Assembly: GCA_003104935.1 (NCBI GenBank)
Contig: PQAE01000012.1
Span: 4,988-68,987 of the forward strand
Source: Parcubacteria group bacterium
GTDB taxonomy: Bacteria; Patescibacteriota; Patescibacteriia; UBA1558; GWA2-36-10
Direction: 5' to 3'
DNA: 64,000 nt
In this document: piece after piece, positions 28,427-37,634 of the stretch
Numbering within the stretch: the first letter of the stretch is position 1
How the letters are laid out: every line of letters begins with the position of its first letter
Made by a program: the position numbers and the translations under genes
Notes under the pieces: generated by a model
Databases searched by the model: none
The model's input: only the letters and a program-made list of their open reading frames with translations
Told to the model about the DNA's origin: nothing

Positions 28427-29892
28427 TAATTTACTGGACTTAGCGGCTGACCGACGATATGAAAATTTATCACCATAGCGGAAACGGTTAATATGTTTTT
28501 CCAATTATAACCCAAATCATTAAAAGTCCGGGCATCGGGGATAAGACGACGCCGACCGGCAGAAATCACATAAACGTTGGGGTCCTTTTCCTTCTTGATT
28601 AAAGTGCCGTCAGACAATTTGACCGGTGGAGCGTCAGTATAAGTCGCTAGGGTTTTAGAGCTAGCACTATTGATCTTCAGGGCGGGAAAATTTGCCTTGG
28701 CAATCAGCTCGTCAATAATCGGCGATTTTTGACCGTCCTTGACGTAATATAGTGACTTGGTAGTCAAATCCCGGAACAATTTACCAAAAGGACTAACCTG
28801 AGTAGTTACGCTTTCGATGGGCTCGCCGTCAGTCAAGGTAGCCAGCTCATCGGCGGTAGCACTTATCACTTCCTCGGGATTAAAACCTAGCTTCTTAAAG
28901 GCCTCGGCTGAACTGATCAGGCGTTTAGTCAAGCCGTCCACCAGATATTTTTGACCATCAGCCGATGACAAGATCGTATAATTGGAAAATTTAATAACCG
29001 GTCCTGTGGGGTACTTATCCAGCTCCGTACTACTGACGGCTAATACTTTGGCGGGATCAAATCGCGAAACCAGAGCATTCATAGTAGCAAATGGTAGTTT
29101 AGAAGACGCATGAATCAAATAGATGGATTTAATATCCTCTCCGTCCTTAGCCTTTACCAAAGCACCCTCCGGTATAATGCCTTCGTCGGTAACAGTATTT
29201 ATTGCGGCCGCAGAAAAACCATATCTTTCCCAAATATCGCGAAATGACTTATTACCGCTGATGTGCGGCGTATAGACATACATCGCCGCGGTAATATTGT
29301 TTTCCGGCTTGATTTCAGTACCCTTGGAGGTGCAGGGAATAAAGGGATTATAATCGTCCACACAAGATCGTTCACCCGGCCGGTGTTTATATTCAGTAAT
29401 ATTGTCCATATAGTATCTAAACTGCAGAGAAGCGCTACGCACCTGTTTGCCGAATCCTTTAAATTTAAAATTACAGCCGCCGCTATCCGGACAGCCATAA
29501 CCCATAGCATAAGCGACGGCATTTTCCACAGGATCAGGATCTTCAATCAAGCTCATTTCTTTTTGCAAAGTGGTTAGTATAAATTGCGGATTTATTTTTG
29601 CCTCCTGAGCGGCGTTCCAGATTATCTCCGCGGCCGAGCGCTGTTTAAAATATTCCACTGTCGGATCCAGAGTCACTTCGCCCGGCCCGGGATTATTACC
29701 TTCATAAAAATAAGTGGCCAAAAAACTATTGTGGCTCTGCAAAAAGTCCCGGATCTGTACCTGGGTCATGGAACCGTAATTATTAGCTTCATTATCGGTA
29801 ATGATGCTATTGGGGTTAAACTCCGCACGCGCCGAAAAAGGAATTAAAAAGTATATTAACAGCAAAAAATATGGCTTGTTCAGTTTCAACAT
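28426..29892 (-). CDS. Secreted protein: possible lysozyme-like N-domain plus repeated C-terminal surface modules
   Basis: Signal peptide; INPQ..L..LQKE.SL, MGYGCPD, YTPH; repeated G.L.K...VY.I..G..R.I units. Confidence 0.6.
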   Translation of the reverse strand: MLKLNKPYFLLLIYFLIPFSARAEFNPNSIITDNEANNYGSMTQVQIRDFLQSHNSFLATYFYEGNNPGPGEVTLDPTVEYFKQRSAAEIIWNAAQEAKINPQFILTTLQKEMSLIEDPDPVENAVAYAMGYGCPDSGGCNFKFKGFGKQVRSASLQFRYYMDNITEYKHRPGERSCVDDYNPFIPCTSKGTEIKPENNITAAMYVYTPHISGNKSFRDIWERYGFSAAAINTVTDEGIIPEGALVKAKDGEDIKSIYLIHASSKLPFATMNALVSRFDPAKVLAVSSTELDKYPTGPVIKFSNYTILSSADGQKYLVDGLTKRLISSAEAFKKLGFNPEEVISATADELATLTDGEPIESVTTQVSPFGKLFRDLTTKSLYYVKDGQKSPIIDELIAKANFPALKINSASSKTLATYTDAPPVKLSDGTLIKKEKDPNVYVISAGRRRLIPDARTFNDLGYNWKNILTVSAMVINFHIVGQPLSPVN

Positions 29893-30014
29893 AAGAGCAA
29901 GGGATTTATTTATTATTTTTCCACTATATTATAGCATAAATTTGATAAATAACAAAATTTTCCTAAATTTAAATAAAAATTGATTTTAGTGCCGAAATAA
30001 GCTAAAATCAAGAC

Positions 30015-30569
30015 ATGAATACCTATAGATTATTTATTGATTTGCCTGTCGATCCGGCCTTTTCCCACTCGCTTTTTAAACATTTTGACAGACTGAATTT
30101 GCCCTGGTCGAAATTGAAAAAAGTTGAGGCACGTGATATGCATCTGACACTAAAATTTCTCGGCGAAACCCCTTTGGAGAGATTAGAACCTATTATCAAC
30201 GCCCTTAGCGACATCAAACTTAACTTCCGGGAAATTGAACTGATTTCCGCCGGGCCGAAAATTTTTACCGAAAATAATCCCCGTATTTTGGCCCTAGCTC
30301 TTAAGCCCAATGAAAAACTAAGCGCTCTTTTTCTGGAAATAGACCAATCGCTGGCCGAGGCCGGACTGGCTGCCCGGGATAATCGCGGCTATACGCCACA
30401 CCTCACCTTGGCGCGGGTCAAAGAGGCGGCTCGGCCGGAGGAGTTTGAGGCGTTTTTAAACTGGTCGGAACAACTAGGTGGTTGGGTCAGTGGCTATTTT
30501 GAGCTTCAAGAAAGTCAGTTGACGCCCCGCGGACCAAAATACGATGTCATGCAAACATTTGATTTATGA
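30015..30569 (+). CDS. thpR: RNA 2',3'-cyclic phosphodiesterase (2H family)
   Basis: RLFI, HLTLKFLGE and PHLTLAR motifs. Confidence 0.9.
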   Translation: MNTYRLFIDLPVDPAFSHSLFKHFDRLNLPWSKLKKVEARDMHLTLKFLGETPLERLEPIINALSDIKLNFREIELISAGPKIFTENNPRILALALKPNEKLSALFLEIDQSLAEAGLAARDNRGYTPHLTLARVKEAARPEEFEAFLNWSEQLGGWVSGYFELQESQLTPRGPKYDVMQTFDL

Positions 30570-31291
30570 GAGAGTATAAATTACTGGGAGTCAAAGTCCA
30601 AACCTTGGCCGAGTATGTGGTCAAGGATGCTTTACATACTTTTTTAAATTCGGACAGCCAGCACCAGATCGTCACTGTTAATCCTGAATTTATCGTCGCT
30701 ACCCAAAAAGATAAAAAATTTCTAACTGTAATCAATGAAGCCAGTTTAGCCACGATTGACGGCAACGGCATTATCAAAGCTCTGCAATTTATGGGCCACC
30801 ACGTTTCCTTGGACGATAGAATTACCGGCGCCGATTTGACCGAGTTGATGATCGAACTAGCCAGCCGTGAAAACTACAAAATATTGTTTATTATGAAGAG
30901 TGACGGGCTGACCAAGCCGGAGGATTTATTTATGATCATCAAAAGCAAATACCCGCAATTGGAGTTTCGCACCGCTGATGAAAATACAGCTATTGAAAAA
31001 GCGCGCATATTTTTTCCGCGCCTGGCCATCGTCGGACTGGGTGCGCCTTATCAGGACTTTTGGATCTGGGAAAACCTACCCAAGATGCCGACGGTAAAAG
31101 TAGCGGTCGGAGTAGGCGGCAGTCTGGATTTTATTTCCGGCAAACAAAAAAGAGCTCCCAAAATTTGGCGCAGTCTGGGATTAGAATGGTTTTGGCGCCT
31201 GATCAAACAACCCTGGCGCATCACCCGGATCTGGAGAGCCGTTTTTGTCTTTTCGTCCTTAGTAATCAGATATAAAATTAAACATCAATAA
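30566..31291 (+). CDS. WecB/TagA/CpsF glycosyltransferase
   Basis: TVNPEF, DG.G, RITGADL, VGLGAP.Q, GVGGSLD..SG..KRAP, LEWFWRL. Confidence 0.92.
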   Translation: MREYKLLGVKVQTLAEYVVKDALHTFLNSDSQHQIVTVNPEFIVATQKDKKFLTVINEASLATIDGNGIIKALQFMGHHVSLDDRITGADLTELMIELASRENYKILFIMKSDGLTKPEDLFMIIKSKYPQLEFRTADENTAIEKARIFFPRLAIVGLGAPYQDFWIWENLPKMPTVKVAVGVGGSLDFISGKQKRAPKIWRSLGLEWFWRLIKQPWRITRIWRAVFVFSSLVIRYKIKHQ

Positions 31292-31294
31292 CAT

Positions 31295-32752
31295 ATGACT
31301 ATTCGCACTAGGTTCGCTCCCAGCCCCACCGGCTACCTCCACATCGGCGGTTTACGCACGGCATTATTTTCTTATCTCTGGGCCAGGAAAAACAAAGGGT
31401 CCTTCATCTTGCGGATAGAGGACACAGATCAAAAGCGCTATGTCAAAGGCGCCGTAGACCTGCTCATTAAATCACTGATAAATGTCGGCTTACAGCCCGA
31501 CGAGGGTCTTGTGGCACCTGGCAAGGAAAGGGGCAAATTTGGGCCTTATATACAGTCTCAGAGGCTAAAAATATACCAAAAGTCTGCCCAGGATCTGATT
31601 CATAAGGGCCTGGCCTATTATTGCTTCTGCAGTAGTCAGCGGCTGGAAAAATTGAAAAGGGAACAGCAGGACCGCCAAGAAATGCCACACTACGACGGAC
31701 GTTGCCGCGCACTTTCCGAGACGGAAATTAAAAAAAATTTAGCCCAAAATAGATCGGCCGTGATCCGGTTTAAAATACCGCCCGTGGAAAAGATTGTGGT
31801 CAAGGATTTACTCCACGGAGAAATTACCGTTAGCCCACGCGATCTGGATGATTTTATTTTACTGAAATCCGACGGCTATGCCACTTATCATCTGGCCAAT
31901 GTAGTAGACGATGTCGGCATGAAAATATCTCACGTGATCAGGGGCGAGGAGTGGCTACCGTCTTTGCCCAAACATATTCTTCTTTACCAGGCCTTTGGCT
32001 ACAAAGCGCCAGAATTTGTCCATCTGCCACTCCTGCTTAATCCGGACCGTAGCAAACTATCCAAACGCCAGGGTGATGTTTCAGTAGAGGATTTTATCGG
32101 TCATGGCTATCTTCCCTCGGCTCTAATCAATTATGTCGCTTTGCTGGGATGGAATCCCGGCACTGAAAGGGAAATATTCTCTCTGACTGAGTTGAGTCAG
32201 GAGTTTAGTCTAAAAAAATTAAATAAAGCCAGCGCTATTTTTGATGTCCAAAAATTAAATTGGTTTAATGCTGAATATATCCGTAAAATTATAAAAGCCG
32301 GCGGAAAAGAATATGCCGACCTGGCGGCTTATAGCGTAAGATTTATCACTAAAATGCCGGAACGCGCCAAGGATTTATTGAGGTTGTTCGGCAGTCGGCT
32401 CAGTCGGCTCAACGAATTAGATATTCTGTCGGCTTGGCTGTGGAAACTGCCAAAGTATGACCGTAAGTTGTTAATTTTTAAAAAAAGCACCAAGGATAAA
32501 ACTGAACTTGGCTTAAAATTGGCCCTGGACAAACTTTCCAGTCTGGATCCAAAAAAATGGACGCAGGATAACATTTTTTCCGCTTTGGAAAATATTGTAA
32601 AGGAAAATAATCTGGCGCCCGGCGATGTATTTTGGCCCGTCCGACTGGCAATTTCCGGTCAGGAAAAAAGTCCTTCGCCTGCAGAAATCCTGGAATTTCT
32701 AGGTGCTGAGGAAAGTCTAGCTCGTCTACAAAAAGCATTATCTTTACTGTAA
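31295..32752 (+). CDS. gltX: Glutamate--tRNA ligase
   Basis: RFAPSPTGYLHIGG, LRIEDTD, HVIRGEEW, KLSKR. Confidence 0.97.
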   Translation: MTIRTRFAPSPTGYLHIGGLRTALFSYLWARKNKGSFILRIEDTDQKRYVKGAVDLLIKSLINVGLQPDEGLVAPGKERGKFGPYIQSQRLKIYQKSAQDLIHKGLAYYCFCSSQRLEKLKREQQDRQEMPHYDGRCRALSETEIKKNLAQNRSAVIRFKIPPVEKIVVKDLLHGEITVSPRDLDDFILLKSDGYATYHLANVVDDVGMKISHVIRGEEWLPSLPKHILLYQAFGYKAPEFVHLPLLLNPDRSKLSKRQGDVSVEDFIGHGYLPSALINYVALLGWNPGTEREIFSLTELSQEFSLKKLNKASAIFDVQKLNWFNAEYIRKIIKAGGKEYADLAAYSVRFITKMPERAKDLLRLFGSRLSRLNELDILSAWLWKLPKYDRKLLIFKKSTKDKTELGLKLALDKLSSLDPKKWTQDNIFSALENIVKENNLAPGDVFWPVRLAISGQEKSPSPAEILEFLGAEESLARLQKALSLL

Positions 32753-32799
32753 ATTTGTCAAAATAAGAGAAAAATGATATAATATAGGGTACTTTACCC

Positions 32800-34050
32800 A
32801 TGTTTATTAAACATAAAAACAAAAAATACCTTATTTTTGGATCTTTGGCCCTGGTAATGGCTTTATTTTTTGGTATTAGAAATATTTATGCTACCGAATA
32901 TAAGCTGGATGAATTGGACAATGTAGAGATCTGGCAGATCAACCAGGATATCAATGATAAAAGGTCTCAAATACAGGATTTGAAAAAACAAATTGAAGTA
33001 TACCAAAAAAACATTGATGCCAAACAAAAAGAACTAACAAACTTGTCCAGCCAGGTCGGCACTCTAAACGATAGTATCGCCAAAACAAACTTGGAGATAA
33101 AAAGCGTAGAGCTGGAAGTAGAAACTTTAAATCTAAAAATTGAAAATATCCAGTTGAAAATCCAGGCCAAGGAAAGAGAGATTTCCGATCAAAAAGATAA
33201 CATTGCCGAAATCCTGCGCAGTCTGCATTTGGAACAGCAAAAAAATAATCTATTAGAGCTCTTATTGATGAACGATAATTTCAGCGATTTTATGGCCGAG
33301 CTGAACCGCCTGGAAAACGTCCAAAACGGCCTTTTGGATAAAGTCGGCGAACTTAATAGCGTCAAGATGGCTTTGGATCAGGATCAGACTGATCTGGTCA
33401 GCCAGCACAGCGAACTAGACACACTGCAGGATATCTTAGTCACCAAGGTGGAAAATCTGGACGGTCAGAAAACCGCCAAAAATAATTTAATGAAGCTGAC
33501 GCAAGGCCAGGAAGCTAAATTCCAGGCTTTGATGAAGCAAGCCAAGGAAGAGCAGGAACAGGCCAATAACGATATTGTTTATTTAGAAAAAGTAGCCCGA
33601 GAAAAACTCAACCGCACTATGGCCCTGGATGCTTATGCCGGAGAAGGTTTTACTTGGCCGGTAGCATCGCGCGTGATCACTTCTTATTTTCATGATAAAG
33701 ATTATCCTTACCGTTGGATTTTTGAGCATCCGGCCATCGATATTGCTACCCCGCAAGGCACGCCGATCAAAGCCGTGGAATCTGGTTATGTCACTATAGC
33801 CAAAGATGGCGGAAAAAAGGGCTATAGTTATATTATGATTGTCCATGCCAGCGGCCTTTCCTCGGTCTATGGGCACATCAATCAAATGTCAGTCAGCGTG
33901 GACCAATTTGTTTCTAAGGGGCAGATTATCGGTTACTCGGGAGGAACGCCGGGTACGCGTGGCGCCGGACCATTTACGACCGGCCCGCATCTGCATTTAG
34001 AAATCAGATTAAACGGTATTCCGGTAGATCCGCTTAGTTATTTGCCTTAA
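32800..34050 (+). CDS. Coiled-coil M23 peptidase (murein hydrolase/EnvC-like)
   Basis: Long coiled coil followed by HPAID, YGH, TGPHLHLE. Confidence 0.9.
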   Translation: MFIKHKNKKYLIFGSLALVMALFFGIRNIYATEYKLDELDNVEIWQINQDINDKRSQIQDLKKQIEVYQKNIDAKQKELTNLSSQVGTLNDSIAKTNLEIKSVELEVETLNLKIENIQLKIQAKEREISDQKDNIAEILRSLHLEQQKNNLLELLLMNDNFSDFMAELNRLENVQNGLLDKVGELNSVKMALDQDQTDLVSQHSELDTLQDILVTKVENLDGQKTAKNNLMKLTQGQEAKFQALMKQAKEEQEQANNDIVYLEKVAREKLNRTMALDAYAGEGFTWPVASRVITSYFHDKDYPYRWIFEHPAIDIATPQGTPIKAVESGYVTIAKDGGKKGYSYIMIVHASGLSSVYGHINQMSVSVDQFVSKGQIIGYSGGTPGTRGAGPFTTGPHLHLEIRLNGIPVDPLSYLP

Positions 34051-34076
34051 TTTTAAATTAGCCGAATTGCTGAAAT

Positions 34077-35207
34077 ATGACCGGGCATCAAAAATATTTT
34101 TTGAAATTAATCTTAGCCCTACTTATTTGCTTGGTAGGGCTGATTTTTATTGTTCAAAAAAATAATAACGATGTTTTCTTTGACTTGCCCGGTTTGTCGG
34201 CAGAGAACATTCTTTACCGTATTGATGATATCAGGCCGGCAAAAGAAAATATTTTGACTGACACCGAAACCCTTGAGATGAGGCGAGTGTCTTTTTTATT
34301 TTTCGGCGATCTGATGCTGGACCGCAATGTTAAAACCAAGATAGGGGAGAGTAATAATATTGATTTTCTGTTCAAGGGTTTGGCCCGAGAGGAAAACAGG
34401 TTTTTTATGAGCCCGGACATCATCAGCGCCAATCTGGAAGGTGCCGTGACGAGTAGCGGGGTGCATTATCCTCCGATCTCCGAAAATGACTTTGCTTTTA
34501 ACACCTCTACCGTCAACGGACTTAAAAAATATAATTTTAATTTTTTTAATATAGCGAACAATCACATTACAGATCAGGGACCAAGAGGACTGACCGAAAC
34601 CACTACCAACCTCACAACCCTCGGCTTTGACTTTAGCGGCTGTGCCGACACACAAATTGGCGATTGTAGTTATAAAATTGTTAATAAGAACGGAATAAAG
34701 GTGGCTATGGTAGGATTGAGCCAGGTTTATCATCTTCTTGATATCAACCAGGCGTCCGAATTAATAAAAAAAATCAGGGCACAAGCCGACATCATAGTAG
34801 TCAATGCGCACTGGGGCAATGAATACGAACATAATTTTAACTCTAAACAAAGTGCTCCAGCCCACACCATGATCGATGCCGGAGCAGATATTATTATCGG
34901 CCATCACCCTCATGTGGTCCAGGGCTTGGAAATCTATAAAAACAAGCCGATATTTTACTCGCTGGGCAATTTTATTTTTGACCAGTATTTTTCTACTGAT
35001 ACGCAAGAGGAGTTAGGAGTCGGTATGAATTACCATCAGGCGGATAAAAAAATGATATTATATCTCTTTCCGATGCGCAGTGTCTCCAGCGTACCACAAT
35101 TGATGGTTGATCGGGAAAAAAATGAATTTTTAAATAAATTTGTTACTTGGTCCAAACTTGAGGAAAGCAAGAAATCAGAAATTTTGTCGGGGATACTTAA
35201 TCTCTAA
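34077..35207 (+). CDS. CapA/PGA_cap metallophosphoesterase family protein
   Basis: GDLMLDR, ANLEG, ANNH..D, HWG.EY, GHHPHVVQ, YSLGNFIFDQ. Confidence 0.92.
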   Translation: MTGHQKYFLKLILALLICLVGLIFIVQKNNNDVFFDLPGLSAENILYRIDDIRPAKENILTDTETLEMRRVSFLFFGDLMLDRNVKTKIGESNNIDFLFKGLAREENRFFMSPDIISANLEGAVTSSGVHYPPISENDFAFNTSTVNGLKKYNFNFFNIANNHITDQGPRGLTETTTNLTTLGFDFSGCADTQIGDCSYKIVNKNGIKVAMVGLSQVYHLLDINQASELIKKIRAQADIIVVNAHWGNEYEHNFNSKQSAPAHTMIDAGADIIIGHHPHVVQGLEIYKNKPIFYSLGNFIFDQYFSTDTQEELGVGMNYHQADKKMILYLFPMRSVSSVPQLMVDREKNEFLNKFVTWSKLEESKKSEILSGILNL

Positions 35208-35212
35208 AATTA

Positions 35213-35617
35213 AATAAAAGAAAAGAGCCCCGTAACGTTGTGTCAGCATTGTGATGTCAGACGGCGTTACGGGGCTCCCAGGGTTGCTTTGGTGGACAAC
35301 GAGTTCTGACTGTGGTCAGCAGTTTTCCGGCATAGGCTCCGGCTAACCTGACAACAGCAACTGTGTCCCCAAGGTGGTAAGGTCTATAGCAACCCCACGA
35401 GGATTGCTGGGGGAGGATTCCCGCGGGTGTGGCCGACTTTAGTTCGGTCCCGACTTATCCAGTTTTTCTCCCTGGCGGATAGCTCACTACTGCAGGACTT
35501 GCCCCACATTAAAGCAGTATGCGAGCGTCAATTATCTACACCTAGACAGGGCTAGCACTCTATCTATTGCATCGATCCCGCTCGAGCCCCCAGCAATATT
35601 ACGAAGAACACTTACGA
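35213..35617 (-). ncRNA. Putative structured ncRNA-2 (~400 nt, three domains)
   Basis: GC-rich intergenic with no ORF of 60 aa or more; stems 35403-13/35587-97 (11 bp), 35281-88/35388-95, 35225-37/35265-77 (13 bp plus U tract); TTGACA at 35652-35647; G-U pairs favour the minus strand. Confidence 0.6.
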
Positions 35618-35698
35618 TTGAGTATGTGAGCACACATTAAATAATCTGTCAAGACCACCCGGCAGATATTTTAAAATTTATGCTAATATTAGCTAAAA

Positions 35699-36646
35699 TC
35701 ATTGCCTTAAAGGATGATATTTGCTGTGTGTTTTCTCCGCATAGCGGTCCGAGGCGTGCACATAGCGAGTCGTGGTATCCAAAGACTCGTGACCCAAAAG
35801 TATTTGAATAGCAGCCGGATTAGCGCCGCTTTCCGCCATGTAAGTAGCAAAACTGTGGCGAATGGAGTGGGCCGAAACCGGAATATTTATTCCTAAAAGC
35901 TGCCGGTATTGCTTTATTTTGGACTGCAAATAATTGGCGGAAATTCTTTTATTTTTTTCCTGGTTGTTCCTGCCGCGATAGGGGACAAACATAAAATCGG
36001 AATCATCGTCACGAGTACGCAGATAATTTTGTAGCCACTTGATCGCGCGCGGAGTCAGATAAACAAATCTTTGTTTTTTACCCTTGCCCATGATGTAAAT
36101 CCGGCCACTGGGATCAAGCTGGGCTTTTTTGAGCGACAATAGTTCGGAAATACGCATGCCGGTGGCAAATAAGGTTTCCAGCATAGCTTGGTTGCGCAGG
36201 GCAATTATTTTGTCGGTTTCAAATTTAGCCGGAGCTTCAATCAATTTGATCAGATCCCGCATCTCCGGTACCTGGCCGTACTTCTTTTCTGTCTTCAGTA
36301 GTTTTATATCATCGGCACTGATCGGTGATTTATAATCAACATCCGCTAAAAATTTTAAATACGAACGTAAGGCCGATAAAATTCTATTGATACTATAGCT
36401 GGAAAGCTGGCCCTGGTTATGTTCGCCTTCGGCCGTCAGCCTTGAAGTAGAGGATAGGTAGGCCTTAAATTTGATCAAGGCCCTTTTATCCATTTTGATA
36501 AAAGGCCGTCTGATATCATCAGAAATAAATTTCTGAAAAGTATTTAAATCTCTTTCATAATTATAAACAGTTTCCGCCGAATAATTTGACGATTGGATGT
36601 TTTCCAAATATTCATCTAAAAGTGGCAGGGGAGAAGCGGTTTTCAT
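35699..36646 (-). CDS. Xer-family tyrosine recombinase
   Basis: LFATGMRISEL (R), GKG.KQR (K), HSIRHSFAT, LLGH..L.TT.RY; SAM-like N-domain. Confidence 0.93.
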   Translation of the reverse strand: MKTASPLPLLDEYLENIQSSNYSAETVYNYERDLNTFQKFISDDIRRPFIKMDKRALIKFKAYLSSTSRLTAEGEHNQGQLSSYSINRILSALRSYLKFLADVDYKSPISADDIKLLKTEKKYGQVPEMRDLIKLIEAPAKFETDKIIALRNQAMLETLFATGMRISELLSLKKAQLDPSGRIYIMGKGKKQRFVYLTPRAIKWLQNYLRTRDDDSDFMFVPYRGRNNQEKNKRISANYLQSKIKQYRQLLGINIPVSAHSIRHSFATYMAESGANPAAIQILLGHESLDTTTRYVHASDRYAEKTHSKYHPLRQ

Positions 36647-36653
36647 ATTCTAT

Positions 36654-36682
36654 ATTATATTACAGGCGTAAATACCTGTCAA
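36654..36682 (-). promoter_or_regulatory. Consensus sigma70 promoter of xer (predicted leaderless mRNA)
   Basis: TTGACA (36682-36677)-17 nt-TATAAT (36659-36654), 7 nt before ATG. Confidence 0.8.
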
Positions 36683-36711
36683 ACTGAGTGTAAGAGATAT
36701 TATACTCAGTT
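36682..36711. other. Putative dif-like Xer recombination site
   Basis: aactgagtgtaa-gagata-ttatactcagtt: arms 11/12 complementary, 6-bp spacer, TAA-N6-TTA core; adjacent to xer at the strand switch. Confidence 0.7.
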
Positions 36712-36763
36712 AGTAGTAAATAATATAACGGGCAATTAATTTGCTTGCCGGCACTACACTCTA

Positions 36764-37588
36764 CTAATCAAACCAAACTTTGTCCCCAAAACGCAAATCA
36801 ATATAATTCATATCAGTGCCCACTACATTCCCCGCTTTGAGGATGCGGGCCAGATTATTCAGCTGGGTCTCAACAGACGTGTTGGTGTCTATTTTAACAA
36901 AATATCCGGCCGAGGTATACAATTCCCAGCTGGTGCCGTCATAGACCGCTATTTTGGTCAAACCGACTAATGATCCGATGATATCCTGCCAGCGGGCATA
37001 AATTTTGTTGATTATATCCAGTTCCTGAGCGGCAAATACGGCGTTATCCGCTCCGAACTGACTACGATGGTCCTCCAGTGTCAAATATGAGCTGTCCAAG
37101 GCTCCTATGGGCCTAATTTTAGCTGCCGAGGCATCGAGTAGGTATATTTCATTGTCTTTTTGCCAGACAAAGTGCGAGACTTTCTCCTTGATGTTAACAT
37201 CCAGACTATGCGGCCATTTTTTGGAAATATAAACCTCCTCCAGATTATAGGTCTGCTGGAGCTTGTCGGCCAAAAGCTTGGTATTTAATAGAAAAAAATT
37301 ATTATTTTTAAAAAAGACGTAGCGAGATTGGCTCAACAAGGGATCTAAAGTGGTCCGGACGTCGCTTAGGGTCAAATCTTTCTGCCCGCTTAAACCCACA
37401 TCGCGGATAGCCAGATACCTGATCTGGAAAATACTTTGCACCAAAAAAATAAAAACTATCAGCCAGAAGATTTTGATCACTCGCCGGTATAACTTCGGGC
37501 GCTCCCGGGTATAGTAAGATTTCATCAGGCGGCGGGGACGATGGGGCAGATGTTTCTGCCAGGATTTGCTGGATCGAATATTGAGCAT
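36764..37588 (-). CDS. FtsQ/DivIB-like cell division protein
   Basis: Single TM, POTRA-like segment (KKWPHSL.V.I.EK), C-terminal YIDLRFGDKV. Confidence 0.75.
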   Translation of the reverse strand: MLNIRSSKSWQKHLPHRPRRLMKSYYTRERPKLYRRVIKIFWLIVFIFLVQSIFQIRYLAIRDVGLSGQKDLTLSDVRTTLDPLLSQSRYVFFKNNNFFLLNTKLLADKLQQTYNLEEVYISKKWPHSLDVNIKEKVSHFVWQKDNEIYLLDASAAKIRPIGALDSSYLTLEDHRSQFGADNAVFAAQELDIINKIYARWQDIIGSLVGLTKIAVYDGTSWELYTSAGYFVKIDTNTSVETQLNNLARILKAGNVVGTDMNYIDLRFGDKVWFD

Positions 37589-37634
37589 ACTCTACTCTGC
37601 TGTATGACGGCTATATTTAATGTGTCGTTTAATA

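Noticed and set aside
35271-35591. tmRNA: the minus strand GGGGCUCGAGCGGGAUCGAU resembles its 5' end, and UCCACCA occurs downstream
   Set aside because: No T-arm before the CCA and the acceptor stem does not pair beyond 3 nt; an ARAGORN run would settle it
35213-35617. RNase P or SRP RNA
   Set aside because: GAGGAAAGUCC and the SRP domain IV signature were not found on either strand
35699-36646. Prophage, ICE or integron integrase
   Set aside because: No phage genes, attC array or IntI insertion; flanks are housekeeping genes
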